In this document: positions 9,426 through 17,643 of the stretch, piece after piece | How positions within the stretch are numbered: the stretch's first letter is position 1 | Layout of the letters: the number at the start of each line of letters is the position of its first letter | Sequence record: PP429239.1 | Source: Salmonella phage vB_Si_CECAV_FGS017 | DNA: 32,000 bases | Direction: 5' to 3' (one strand) | The notes under the pieces: model-generated | The model's database searches: none | What the model was told of the DNA's origin: nothing | Seen by the model: the letters and a program-made list of their open reading frames with translations, nothing else | Position numbers and translations under genes: made by a program

Positions 9426-9507
9426 TGTGGATAAGTCTGTTAATAACGCCTCAAAATGGCTAGGATTTTGTCAAGTCAAATCGTGCTGTTAATAAGTCTG
9501 TGGATAA
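9426..9507 (-). promoter_or_regulatory. two DnaA boxes (TGTGGATAA on the + strand)
   Basis: Exact at 9426-9434 and 9499-9507. Degenerate copies CTGTTAATAA lie between them. Confidence 0.7.
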
Positions 9508-9741
9508 CTTAAATAATAGTGTTTCTCACTTCCATTCTTAAATGCGAATTATTATCATTCGCATTCCACTATCTAACCGATAATCGTTTCACTTTTTAAA
9601 TGAGAATCATTTCACTTTTTGAATAGTTCTCATTCCCTTTCTTAAATGAGATTGATTCTCATTTCACTTTCTAAATGCGAATTATTATCATTCTCATTCC
9701 GCTTTTTAAATGAGAATGATTCTTATTTTTATTCTCATTTA

Positions 9742-9768
9742 GCGCAGGGCAATTGCCCTGCGCTTTTG
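9742..9768 (+). terminator. perfect GC-rich palindrome, terminator-like
   Basis: GCGCAGGGC-AATT-GCCCTGCGC followed by TTTTG. Confidence 0.5.
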
Positions 9769-9795
9769 TGCAAATCCGACATTGCTCCACGGGTG

Positions 9796-10335
9796 TTACG
9801 TGCGGGCGTGTATGTGCGAATCCGACCCATTTTTGGTAGTGTGCGAATCCGACCCTAAAATTTCATCCCTCCATTTTACTAGAAATTCTAGATCATATGA
9901 GCACTTAGACTGAGTACCATTACTAGTAGGAACATAAGCCCGGTAATAATCACCCTTTGAGGTAGTTCTAGCAACACGAATATATTTTGGAAGATTGGTT
10001 GTTTTACTGTTGGTATTTTTGCGATTTCTAGCATTTTTATAGTCAGGTATTTGTCTTAGATTCTCAGGAGAATTATTAGTAGGATCCTGATCTACATGAT
10101 CTACCTGCAACTCGGGATCAATACTGCCGTTATGTAGGCAGAAAACAATCCGAGAAACTGCTAGGGTTCCCACCCCAGATACAAAGACCACATAAGACTT
10201 CCTACCTTTTCCGTCGTCCCTTAAAGTGCCTGTATGTTTTCTTTTAGGTAATCTACTCAGCCCACTGGGACTTGAGGGGTCAATAAAAAATAAGTCTTTC
10301 ATTTGTGCATATTCGATAGGTATATATCTTGACAT
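9796..10335 (-). CDS. HNH homing endonuclease-like protein
   Basis: HNH core VSRIVFCLHNGSIDPELQVDHVDQDPTNNSPENLR. Start set at MSRYIPIEYAQ (ATG at 10335), preceded by AGGAGG. Confidence 0.85.
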   Translation of the reverse strand: MSRYIPIEYAQMKDLFFIDPSSPSGLSRLPKRKHTGTLRDDGKGRKSYVVFVSGVGTLAVSRIVFCLHNGSIDPELQVDHVDQDPTNNSPENLRQIPDYKNARNRKNTNSKTTNLPKYIRVARTTSKGDYYRAYVPTSNGTQSKCSYDLEFLVKWRDEILGSDSHTTKNGSDSHIHART

Positions 10336-10360
10336 AATAAAATTCCTCCTATGAAGTAAT

Positions 10361-10389
10361 ATTATAACAAAATTTTCGAAAGTGTGCAA
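10361..10389 (-). promoter_or_regulatory. promoter TTGCAC-N17-TATAAT
   Basis: Minus-strand match directly upstream of the HNH gene. Confidence 0.55.
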
Positions 10390-11368
10390 GTGAAATTTTT
10401 ATATTTGAAAATAACCGCCCTCCCTATAACCGCCCTATTCGAATCCTGTGGGATATGTGCAAATCCGACACGGTTTTTCTAGGATTAAGATGTGCAAAAC
10501 CGACAAGATTTTTGTGACTTCGATGAGAGGGTGTGTGATTGTATAGGTTTGGGGAGAAGTTGGGAGAGCGAGAAAAATTTGAGGGCTAGAAGGATGGGGC
10601 GCATGTTTGGTGCGGAGCACCTGATTTGCGGGGATTTTGGGGAAGAGTTGAGAAGATTTGGGTTAATTTGAGATTAGTGGAGATAAAGTAAAATTTTATT
10701 TGCTAAAGGTGGCAAAATAGCTTGACAAGTGAAAATTCTTGTGGCCCTAAAAACTCAGGCAATCATGGGCCTTCGGCCCGAAATAACGCTGCCATTTTCA
10801 GGAGATTATGTATTCATGAAAACTTAGGCGTTTGTGCAAATCCGACCATAAATTTCTAGAAACACAATGTGCAAATCCGACAGTAATTTCTGGAAATGTG
10901 TTTTCAAAAAATGTCTCTTAGAAATAACCGCCCTCCCTATAACCGCCCTGTATTAACCGCCTATTGCTGGAGTTTCTAGGAATATAAAAACCGCCTGAGT
11001 TAACTAGAGAAGCAGATTTAAAGTTTAATGTAAACTCTAGAGTTAGTGCTCAACTATTCCTAGAAACTTAGGAGTCTAGAAGAAAGTGTTGTGCCATCCT
11101 AGCAGATGAGCGGCAACAGGTGTATCATCTTGAACACAGATATTGCCTTTAAATATTATAATGTAAATAAAAGTTAATATACCCCCATTTCATGAGAGTT
11201 AGTCCCTCTAGGCGCGTGCGATTTGATACATCCTCCTAAGTCTCGGTGTGGAAGAACAATTGACGAGAACCTGCGAACAGAACCGTCATCAAGTGTTTTC
11301 CTACGAGGAATGATGTAAATCTACGGCCTAGAGGTAAAAACAAGTTGATGTTTTTAATCTATGAGATT

Positions 11369-11397
11369 ATTATAACATGCATTTGTATATCTGTCAA
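11369..11397 (-). promoter_or_regulatory. consensus sigma70 promoter TTGACA-N17-TATAAT
   Basis: Exact consensus boxes with 17-bp spacing on the minus strand. Confidence 0.75.
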
Positions 11398-11414
11398 GAA
11401 TTTTTCGTTAACGT

Positions 11415-12140
11415 TTATACATCGTGATTGACTTTGAGTATGATTCCCTTCGATGCCATGAAAAGGAATGTTGCTAGGTAAGATGACTCAGAATTAAGCG
11501 CAGAATAATCTACACTTCCTCTAGGTCTCGTATCTTGCATCGTATCAAGAATTGTTGAGATGTCAAACTTAACAGACCTCGCAACTTTTCTAGCCTGTTC
11601 AGGATCACGTAAGATTTCATAATGTGCAGCATCTAAAATAGGGTTAGATGTTGTTGAGTCGTCAACTATACTTAGATGAACCTGCGCAAGTGTAGATACA
11701 ATCCCTAGCTTTAATTCAGATAGAGAAGAATAAGGTGGTTCTACTTTCTTTGTAAGTCTAGGGAGATGATCATACTTACATTGCTTAGGTGGAACCATCA
11801 AAATATTAGGATAACATTCTAGGGCTGTCTTTGCACTTCCTTCTTTAAAATGTGGGAGTTCTTTATCCGCAAAGACATGGAATGAATCTGCTGAAAATCC
11901 TTTAATAGTAGGGTCAACAGTTTGAATCAGACGACGTATACTAATATACGAAGGAGCTAAAGTAACTTCTTCTGCATCTTTATTATATTTCGGCTGTCCA
12001 CTAGCGTTAATATATGCAGGGTAAAACTCTGCACAAAACGCTACTGCATGTGCCTCTAGTTCATTAAGTTGAGAAACACATTTTCCATTACAAGCTCTAG
12101 CTAATTTAATAATCTCTGCTAAATTCTTTTTAATACTCAT
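11415..12140 (-). CDS. hypothetical protein
   Basis: 241-aa ORF, 4-nt overlap with the upstream gene. Confidence 0.75.
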   Translation of the reverse strand: MSIKKNLAEIIKLARACNGKCVSQLNELEAHAVAFCAEFYPAYINASGQPKYNKDAEEVTLAPSYISIRRLIQTVDPTIKGFSADSFHVFADKELPHFKEGSAKTALECYPNILMVPPKQCKYDHLPRLTKKVEPPYSSLSELKLGIVSTLAQVHLSIVDDSTTSNPILDAAHYEILRDPEQARKVARSVKFDISTILDTMQDTRPRGSVDYSALNSESSYLATFLFMASKGIILKVNHDV

Positions 12141-12625
12141 ATATCATCCGCCTGTCCACTAGCTGTTGCTGCTAATCTTTTTTCACGTCTCAAGATATTA
12201 TTAATAATATCTTTTGCATCAGATTTATTTTTAGCTGTCTTCTTTATTAGGTCAAATAAGAATCTTGGGTTAGGAACCTCAAACTCTTCCTCCCCAAGAC
12301 ATATAGTATACTCTTTCAAATGTAATTGAGTATATTTAGTAAGTGGGAAAGATTCTAGTATTCCCGTACTGTCAACAGGAATATGTTCTTTCATAGGGAT
12401 CACAGCACATTTCTGTTCTTTCAAGAAATTCAGGAATCCGATAGTTTGGACATCTTCTGAATCATAGGAGATTTTTCTGATAGCTTCAATAAGGTTAATA
12501 GCTTCAAAAGTTAGTACAGTTAGATAACGCCGTACATTAGAACCATCGGTTATTTGTAGAAAGTAAACCGACGAATCCTCTGTCGGTTCAAACAGTATAT
12601 TAGCAAATTTAAATGCTTCTTTCAT
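12137..12625 (-). CDS. hypothetical protein
   Basis: 162-aa ORF, translationally coupled. Confidence 0.75.
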   Translation of the reverse strand: MKEAFKFANILFEPTEDSSVYFLQITDGSNVRRYLTVLTFEAINLIEAIRKISYDSEDVQTIGFLNFLKEQKCAVIPMKEHIPVDSTGILESFPLTKYTQLHLKEYTICLGEEEFEVPNPRFLFDLIKKTAKNKSDAKDIINNILRREKRLAATASGQADDI

Positions 12626-13230
12626 TAACTACCTCTCTTATCTTCGCTAAGAGCAGCCCCTAGTGCTTCCATAATTGCATCATTTATACTCCCAGGTCTA
12701 AGATTATTAAAGTGAGTAACATAGATGGGACTTTTAAAACCTTCAGTATCCGCAGGCGCTACGCTTTTCATGTCAGATTCAAGAGCTTCTTGGGTATGCT
12801 TTAACTGTACAGAAGGCCCATAATCTTCACCAAACTTATATGACTTCGTACTACTTACCACACCCCCACAAGGAACATTGTGCAAATCCGACGTTATTTT
12901 AGGGCTGTTCCACATTGTAATTGGCCCTGACTGCCACGGATCTCGAATAGTTACAGGAGTACTAGGGCGGTTCACCTCAGTCTTCACAAGTTTGTATCCT
13001 GCATCGATTAATGTGTTAATCAGGTTATCAGCCGGGATGCGAGCCGTGCCAAAAATCTTACGAGCATCTTCTAGTTTACCTTCAAGATCTTTACATGCTC
13101 TAAGGTCAGTGTGTGCAAATGTTAGCTTCATAGATTTGAACTGTACAGTAGCAGTTAAATCTTTAAAGCTATAATCCCATGTGTTCAGTTCATGGTCGGG
13201 TACTACTTGAATAGGTTGTTGTGTAAACAT
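12625..13230 (-). CDS. hypothetical protein
   Basis: 201-aa ORF. Confidence 0.75.
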   Translation of the reverse strand: MFTQQPIQVVPDHELNTWDYSFKDLTATVQFKSMKLTFAHTDLRACKDLEGKLEDARKIFGTARIPADNLINTLIDAGYKLVKTEVNRPSTPVTIRDPWQSGPITMWNSPKITSDLHNVPCGGVVSSTKSYKFGEDYGPSVQLKHTQEALESDMKSVAPADTEGFKSPIYVTHFNNLRPGSINDAIMEALGAALSEDKRGS

Positions 13231-13415
13231 TATTTATTCTCCAGTTTATCTAACAGTTTATGGGCTGCTAGGTTATATTGCTCAAGTTCACGATTAAGTA
13301 TTTGGTTTTCACACTTTAGCTCTAGATTCTTATTATTAAGAATATTGCAGATTAGTAGAAGTGCTAATATAACTACTAACGAACCTACGAGCATTAAAAG
13401 AAAAAGTGTTTCCAT
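13230..13415 (-). CDS. small membrane protein with coiled-coil-like tail
   Basis: 61 aa, N-terminal hydrophobic helix. Confidence 0.65.
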   Translation of the reverse strand: METLFLLMLVGSLVVILALLLICNILNNKNLELKCENQILNRELEQYNLAAHKLLDKLENK

Positions 13416-13648
13416 TATTTAATTCCCATGTAACGTTTGAGATAAGCGATGAAGTCTTCTGCTGTATGTTCTACGCTACCCTGAACCACAAACAACTTTA
13501 AAGCCTCACGCTGTAATTTAAGGGCAGCTAACTCACCGCGTAATTTTGTTAGATCTTCCGCTAGTTCTTTAGCTCTGCGCATAATAGCAAATGATACTAA
13601 TGTTACAATAAATAACATAACTGCTAAAATAATTACTATGATCTCCAT
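13415..13648 (-). CDS. small membrane protein with coiled-coil-like tail
   Basis: 77 aa, N-terminal hydrophobic helix. Confidence 0.65.
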   Translation of the reverse strand: MEIIVIILAVMLFIVTLVSFAIMRRAKELAEDLTKLRGELAALKLQREALKLFVVQGSVEHTAEDFIAYLKRYMGIK

Positions 13649-13926
13649 ATTAACATCCAGCTCTTATCGTATATTTGGGCATGTTCTACTAATTCATTTA
13701 TCGATGTAGAATTATCGTAGATATCCTCTAGTAAACGTTTTCTGTCAAATTTATCAACCAAATACTCCGTGCCATTTATCCCTACCCTATACAGCTCTGG
13801 AACTAAGGGGTGTTTGTTTGGTATTGGGCGACTACCTAAGTCTATTTCATTATATCCCCACGTTGTTTTAAATAGTTTGTTACTAAGTGCTGCTAGTGGG
13901 TTTGACCATACAATATAGCTACTCAC
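13636..13926 (-). CDS. hypothetical protein
   Basis: 96-aa ORF. Confidence 0.6.
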   Translation of the reverse strand: MSSYIVWSNPLAALSNKLFKTTWGYNEIDLGSRPIPNKHPLVPELYRVGINGTEYLVDKFDRKRLLEDIYDNSTSINELVEHAQIYDKSWMLIWRS

Positions 13927-14365
13927 TACTTATCTCCATTCTTAGCTTTGAAAACTTGTTATACCAAACTATATGATTATCGTCAATTACAAATTTATGG
14001 TAACATGCTGGTACGGTATAAGTTCCATAATCCGTGACACGCTGCACAACCTTGTGTGCACACAGTCGGCAACCATGCCCTTCTAAATGAGATCTAGCAG
14101 TCTGCCAGTAATAACCATCATGGTCTGGACAATAAATCTCGACTTGCTGCTGCATTGTTTTATAATTTACACGCTCATACCCAAAGAAAGCCCCGTGAGC
14201 TGCAATAGCTTTCTTGATAAATATAAGGTTTAAGGCTTCTTGTTGAAAGTCGGGGTGTAGTTGCTTAATCTTAGTTCTATTAATAGACCCATCCGATTTG
14301 ATGAACCTATTTATTGGAAAGTTGTTAGCTTCCTCGATTAATAATTCATTTACTTTTTCTCTCAT
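13919..14365 (-). CDS. hypothetical protein with Cys/His-rich motif
   Basis: Start placed at MREKVNELL. Contains YCPDHDGYYWQTARSHLEGHGCRLCAH. Confidence 0.6.
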   Translation of the reverse strand: MREKVNELLIEEANNFPINRFIKSDGSINRTKIKQLHPDFQQEALNLIFIKKAIAAHGAFFGYERVNYKTMQQQVEIYCPDHDGYYWQTARSHLEGHGCRLCAHKVVQRVTDYGTYTVPACYHKFVIDDNHIVWYNKFSKLRMEISSE

Positions 14366-14366
14366 A

Positions 14367-14570
14367 TTAGATATTCTCACAACTAAGGTAGAAGCATTCG
14401 TAAGCATCCCCAGTAAACTCTTTATCTTGTAGTATACACTTAGCCTGGTCTTCCGGTACTCCAGCATCCAATAATTGTTGTTTACTTGGCTTTTCAGCAA
14501 ATACCTTTACAAAATACTCGCCATCCTGATTATACTCATTTATATCTCTAGTAAGGACATATACTTGCAT
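14367..14570 (-). CDS. hypothetical protein
   Basis: 67-aa ORF. Confidence 0.6.
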   Translation of the reverse strand: MQVYVLTRDINEYNQDGEYFVKVFAEKPSKQQLLDAGVPEDQAKCILQDKEFTGDAYECFYLSCENI

Positions 14571-14589
14571 TTGAAGTTCCTTGAAAACA

Positions 14590-14619
14590 TAAAAGGCCAG
14601 AACAATTAAGTCCTGGCCT
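14590..14619 (-). terminator. rho-independent terminator
   Basis: Minus strand: GGCCAGGAC-TTAATT-GTTCTGGCC-TTTTATG. Confidence 0.7.
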
Positions 14620-14626
14620 CCTAAAA

Positions 14627-14998
14627 TTAATGAAGTTGTTTACCACTTCTTAACATAGTGGCCGTTTCCATAAGACCTAGCGTAGCATCACGCTTATTGA
14701 TCTGTTTACCAAGTTCATCAGTACGTTTACCGATGTAAGCATTAATAGCCATATTCATAGCTGTAGCGAGATCTTCTTTGGTTATCTCTTCATCGTCTAA
14801 AGCTAATTTAGCCAAAGAATCAAATGTGCTAGAGAGTCCTATAAGATCTGAGGTTTCTCCAGCCAAAATAGGATTAATATTATCTACTGTTACTTCTAGC
14901 ATGGAGTTGACAATATCTTCACCGTCTATTAGACCAGTTTCAATATTACTCTCCCACTCCTTCATCTGCTCCAATAATGGATTTTTCTTTTCTGTCAT
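14627..14998 (-). CDS. hypothetical protein
   Basis: Start trimmed to MTEKKNPLLEQMKEWE. Confidence 0.65.
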   Translation of the reverse strand: MTEKKNPLLEQMKEWESNIETGLIDGEDIVNSMLEVTVDNINPILAGETSDLIGLSSTFDSLAKLALDDEEITKEDLATAMNMAINAYIGKRTDELGKQINKRDATLGLMETATMLRSGKQLH

Positions 14999-15407
14999 GG
15001 TAGAGGTTTCCTGTGTCAGTCGGTAAGAAGGATGATTGCGTTTTAGGTGGATGTTGCTTAGCAATCCAGTTAAGAATCAGCACGCGACTAGGGACAATAT
15101 CGGTGTTATACCAAAAATCGTGAACCCATTGACGAGCATCTTCAAACTTACCAAATTTATATGCTTTCTTAAACAATTCAAACCCAAAACAATCTGGTGT
15201 AAAATCTACTTCACGATATTGAATTACTTTAGAACCAGTTAGGTCTTGGATCGCTGCATTAATTTCTGTATGCGAGAATTTTGTTTCGTGAAACTTATTA
15301 AAGAATCGGTAGTTGAAGCGTCCGTTCGTTTCGACAAACAACTGGATGAAGAGATCATTAAATTGGTTATCAAACCAGTAATTCTGTAATTGTTGTAGTG
15401 CTGTCAT
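14946..15407 (-). CDS. hypothetical protein
   Basis: 153-aa ORF. Confidence 0.65.
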   Translation of the reverse strand: MTALQQLQNYWFDNQFNDLFIQLFVETNGRFNYRFFNKFHETKFSHTEINAAIQDLTGSKVIQYREVDFTPDCFGFELFKKAYKFGKFEDARQWVHDFWYNTDIVPSRVLILNWIAKQHPPKTQSSFLPTDTGNLYHDRKEKSIIGADEGVGE

Positions 15408-15604
15408 TTACGAACTCCGTTAATTGCCACGATGATGCCTTCGTACATAAAAGGAAGTAGTTCAGAAGTGTAGAAGATATTTTCCGTTATTCCTAGATGT
15501 CGAAAAAGTATATTAAATAATGCTGTTAGAAACACAATCTGAGGCAGTAATATAAAATACTCAGTTACAATCTTTGGTGCTTGATAAACAAGACGTTTTA
15601 TCAT
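15404..15604 (-). CDS. hypothetical protein
   Basis: 66-aa ORF, 4-nt overlap with its neighbour. Confidence 0.55.
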   Translation of the reverse strand: MIKRLVYQAPKIVTEYFILLPQIVFLTALFNILFRHLGITENIFYTSELLPFMYEGIIVAINGVRK

Positions 15605-15703
15605 TGTTTTTAAGTCTCCTTATTACTTTGGTCTGCTCCACAATAATGAAAACTGCGAGCACTAATAGTGCTATTAGCCCCGCAGTAATTGGTACTAAAT
15701 CAA

Positions 15704-16030
15704 TCATGGGAGACGCCATACGTAATTAGCTGTCTGTAGAACCTTAGGTGTGTCATCATGATACATTACTACAGACTTTGGTGAATAACTATCAGCTAGC
15801 TCTTTACGAATCATCTTACATTCTTCACCAGTATCAATATTTTTAACAATCACTTTCATATTAAGAGGTGTTAATACAGAAAGCGGTTTCCAGGAGTCCT
15901 CAATCTCAATTCCTACCTTTTTCTCGATTAACATGAGAACTTCTAGTGTATCATCTGGAATACTAATATTATTATTCACAAACTGTAATATCTCATGTAA
16001 GGTATTTAATTCATTAAAATTAAGCTTCAT
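15704..16030 (-). CDS. hypothetical protein
   Basis: Start trimmed to MKLNFNELNTLHE. Confidence 0.6.
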   Translation of the reverse strand: MKLNFNELNTLHEILQFVNNNISIPDDTLEVLMLIEKKVGIEIEDSWKPLSVLTPLNMKVIVKNIDTGEECKMIRKELADSYSPKSVVMYHDDTPKVLQTANYVWRLP

Positions 16031-16265
16031 CTTTAAGAATATCCTCAACCATATCACAGGACTGTTGCAATTCGTCAGCAATGCGCTTAACATCTGTTTT
16101 TGTTACTTTACCTATTAACATCACCAGTAACATAGAAAGTATAATAAGTGGAACTGGGATAACAAACAGTGCTACCTTAATAACATTCTTTGGCGTCCAT
16201 GTGTGGTACTTGGTAACCAGTACACCAACCACAATTAGATAAAACGCTAGAATAAACATCATCAT
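16020..16265 (-). CDS. small membrane protein
   Basis: 81 aa with two hydrophobic segments. Confidence 0.65.
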   Translation of the reverse strand: MMMFILAFYLIVVGVLVTKYHTWTPKNVIKVALFVIPVPLIILSMLLVMLIGKVTKTDVKRIADELQQSCDMVEDILKDEA

Positions 16266-16543
16266 TTTTTAATCTCCGTAATTATCTGTGCACGCATTAC
16301 CTTATTAGGTAGTTTTGTATTCCCAGCAATTGCTTCAATATTGTTGAGTTTTTCTTTTAGAATATCTGAGCGTCTTTGCGCTAGTTCAATATCTTGTTCT
16401 TGTTCTATTAAGCGGCAGTGAAGTCCACTATTAGTAGTAAGCATACTCTCTATATTTTTTCGCATGCTTATAATACCAATAATCCCACCTATAGCTACTA
16501 GTGTCATAAGCACTAGCAATCCAATGAGAATTTCAATCAACAT
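16262..16543 (-). CDS. membrane-anchored coiled-coil-like protein
   Basis: 93 aa, N-terminal hydrophobic helix. Confidence 0.65.
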   Translation of the reverse strand: MLIEILIGLLVLMTLVAIGGIIGIISMRKNIESMLTTNSGLHCRLIEQEQDIELAQRRSDILKEKLNNIEAIAGNTKLPNKVMRAQIITEIKK

Positions 16544-16707
16544 TAAATGTCCTTACATTTTTCATTGTTTGGAACTAGTTTACACATCTCCACATTTAAC
16601 TCATGGATAGAATTGTCTAGTTCTGCTAAACGTGTGTGAAGAGCAACCATATTATATATTAGTATTCCTATAAGGAATGACAGTATTGAAATTGATACCC
16701 TTTCCAT
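16543..16707 (-). CDS. small membrane protein (54 aa)
   Basis: Below the ORF-track cutoff: MERVSISILSFLIGILIYNMVALHTRLAELDNSIHELNVEMCKLVPNNEKCKDI. Stop and start codons abut both neighbours. Confidence 0.6.
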   Translation of the reverse strand: MERVSISILSFLIGILIYNMVALHTRLAELDNSIHELNVEMCKLVPNNEKCKDI

Positions 16708-16958
16708 TATTTCTTACCTTTCAGTTGCTTAACCTCACGCTCAAAAGATGCTGCACGACGTTCGGCAGTCGCTTGATGCTCTTTAGCAAAACGTGCTTCC
16801 TGTTTTGCAAGATTGAATGCCATAGCATTCTTATTCAGAGAATCATACATCTTTTTCATTGCCGGAATAGACATCTTCATTAGCTGACCCTCAAAACCCT
16901 GCATGTCGAGGAGAATTGCCAGAACGTTAGCCATTTCATTTTTAGTCATGTTTTCCAT
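16707..16958 (-). CDS. hypothetical protein
   Basis: Start MENMTKNEMANV preceded by GAGAGGA. Confidence 0.65.
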   Translation of the reverse strand: MENMTKNEMANVLAILLDMQGFEGQLMKMSIPAMKKMYDSLNKNAMAFNLAKQEARFAKEHQATAERRAASFEREVKQLKGKK

Positions 16959-16990
16959 TAGAATTTCCTCTCTCATTAATTTATGAACTT

Positions 16991-17019
16991 ATTATACAGA
17001 ATTTTAAGGCTTAAAGCAA
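16991..17019 (-). promoter_or_regulatory. T5-type early promoter TTGCTT-N17-TATAAT
   Basis: Member of the repeated promoter family with conserved TAAATTnATGAGAG leader. Confidence 0.75.
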
Positions 17020-17036
17020 CTGAATTTTTTAATTAT

Positions 17037-17468
17037 TTACCAATCGTTAACAACACCAGAGAACTCAGAAGCAAAAACTTTTTCAAATTTTTCTGCAATT
17101 TCAGGATGATCTTTACAGATCAACTTAATACATGCTTCTGGAGTCATTCCTTCGTCTTCAGGATCCCCATAGTATTTATCCCAAAGATCATCGGGAATGA
17201 TATGCTCTGCCAAATCTTGGAAAGAGATTAGCTGATAACGTTCTGCTTCCTCGGGGATAAGGATTTCGCACAGATCTTTATCTATATCGCTACGGTAATC
17301 AGCAATTAGCAGGGCATTGCAAGCATGACACTCCCAGACCATTAATCGTTCAGAGATGGGATTAGACTTATCCTGAACGTAAGACTGGAACAAGGTTCGG
17401 AAAGTTGCCTTAACTTGTTCAAACTTATCTGCTGCTGCGAAAACTAGAGCTTTATCAACTTTGTTCAT
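17037..17468 (-). CDS. hypothetical acidic protein
   Basis: 143-aa ORF. Confidence 0.7.
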   Translation of the reverse strand: MNKVDKALVFAAADKFEQVKATFRTLFQSYVQDKSNPISERLMVWECHACNALLIADYRSDIDKDLCEILIPEEAERYQLISFQDLAEHIIPDDLWDKYYGDPEDEGMTPEACIKLICKDHPEIAEKFEKVFASEFSGVVNDW

Positions 17469-17498
17469 TTTGATTCCTTCTCCTCAATTTATAAAGTA

Positions 17499-17527
17499 AT
17501 TATACAGAAACTTAAGCATTTTAGCAA
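17499..17527 (-). promoter_or_regulatory. T5-type early promoter TTGCTA-N17-TATAAT
   Basis: Same consensus and leader (TTTATAAATTGAGGAG). Confidence 0.75.
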
Positions 17528-17643
17528 ATAAAACTTTTAGTTAAAATGCCTAATCCTGTGCCAATAGCAATACAAATGATTATAAGTATTACTATCGCTT
17601 GTATAATTCGTTTGATAATAGCCTCAGCTATATACTTAGACAT
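17521..17643 (-). CDS. small membrane peptide (40 aa)
   Basis: MSKYIAEAIIKRIIQAIVILIIICIAIGTGLGILTKSFIC. Overlaps the 17636 gene end. Confidence 0.45.
   Translation of the reverse strand: MSKYIAEAIIKRIIQAIVILIIICIAIGTGLGILTKSFIC

Larger units (their letters stand above)
9316..9507. repeat. right arm of imperfect inverted repeat (LexA-like box plus DnaA boxes)
   Basis: Aligns to the reverse complement of 6097-6290. Confidence 0.8.
9181..9740. repeat. cluster of Fur-box-like palindromes
   Basis: Perfect 25-mer TCAAATGAGAATCATTCTCATTTGA at 9181-9205, then related inverted units at 9541-9565, 9598-9634, 9644-9664, 9673-9698 and 9708-9740. Confidence 0.8.
9767..10882 (+). repeat. dispersed 14-bp motif TGTGCAAATCCGAC
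   Basis: Copies at 9767, 9813, 9840, 10456, 10491, 10834 and 10869, all in the same orientation; an eighth copy lies at 12879-12892. Confidence 0.85.

Noticed and set aside
6097-9507. Transposon or IS element bounded by the inverted repeats
   Set aside because: No transposase or integrase gene inside and no visible target-site duplication; the arms are diverged.
9181-9740. CRISPR array interpretation of the spaced palindromes
   Set aside because: Repeats are variable, spacers are short and similar to one another, and there are no cas genes.
10435-10620. 61-aa minus-strand ORF in the non-coding spacer
   Set aside because: No ribosome-binding site seen, composition atypical, and it spans two of the TGTGCAAATCCGAC-type motifs; more likely spurious.
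12878-13174. 98-aa plus-strand ORF and other plus-strand ORFs within 11.4-27 kb
   Set aside because: Antisense shadows of consistently coupled minus-strand genes.
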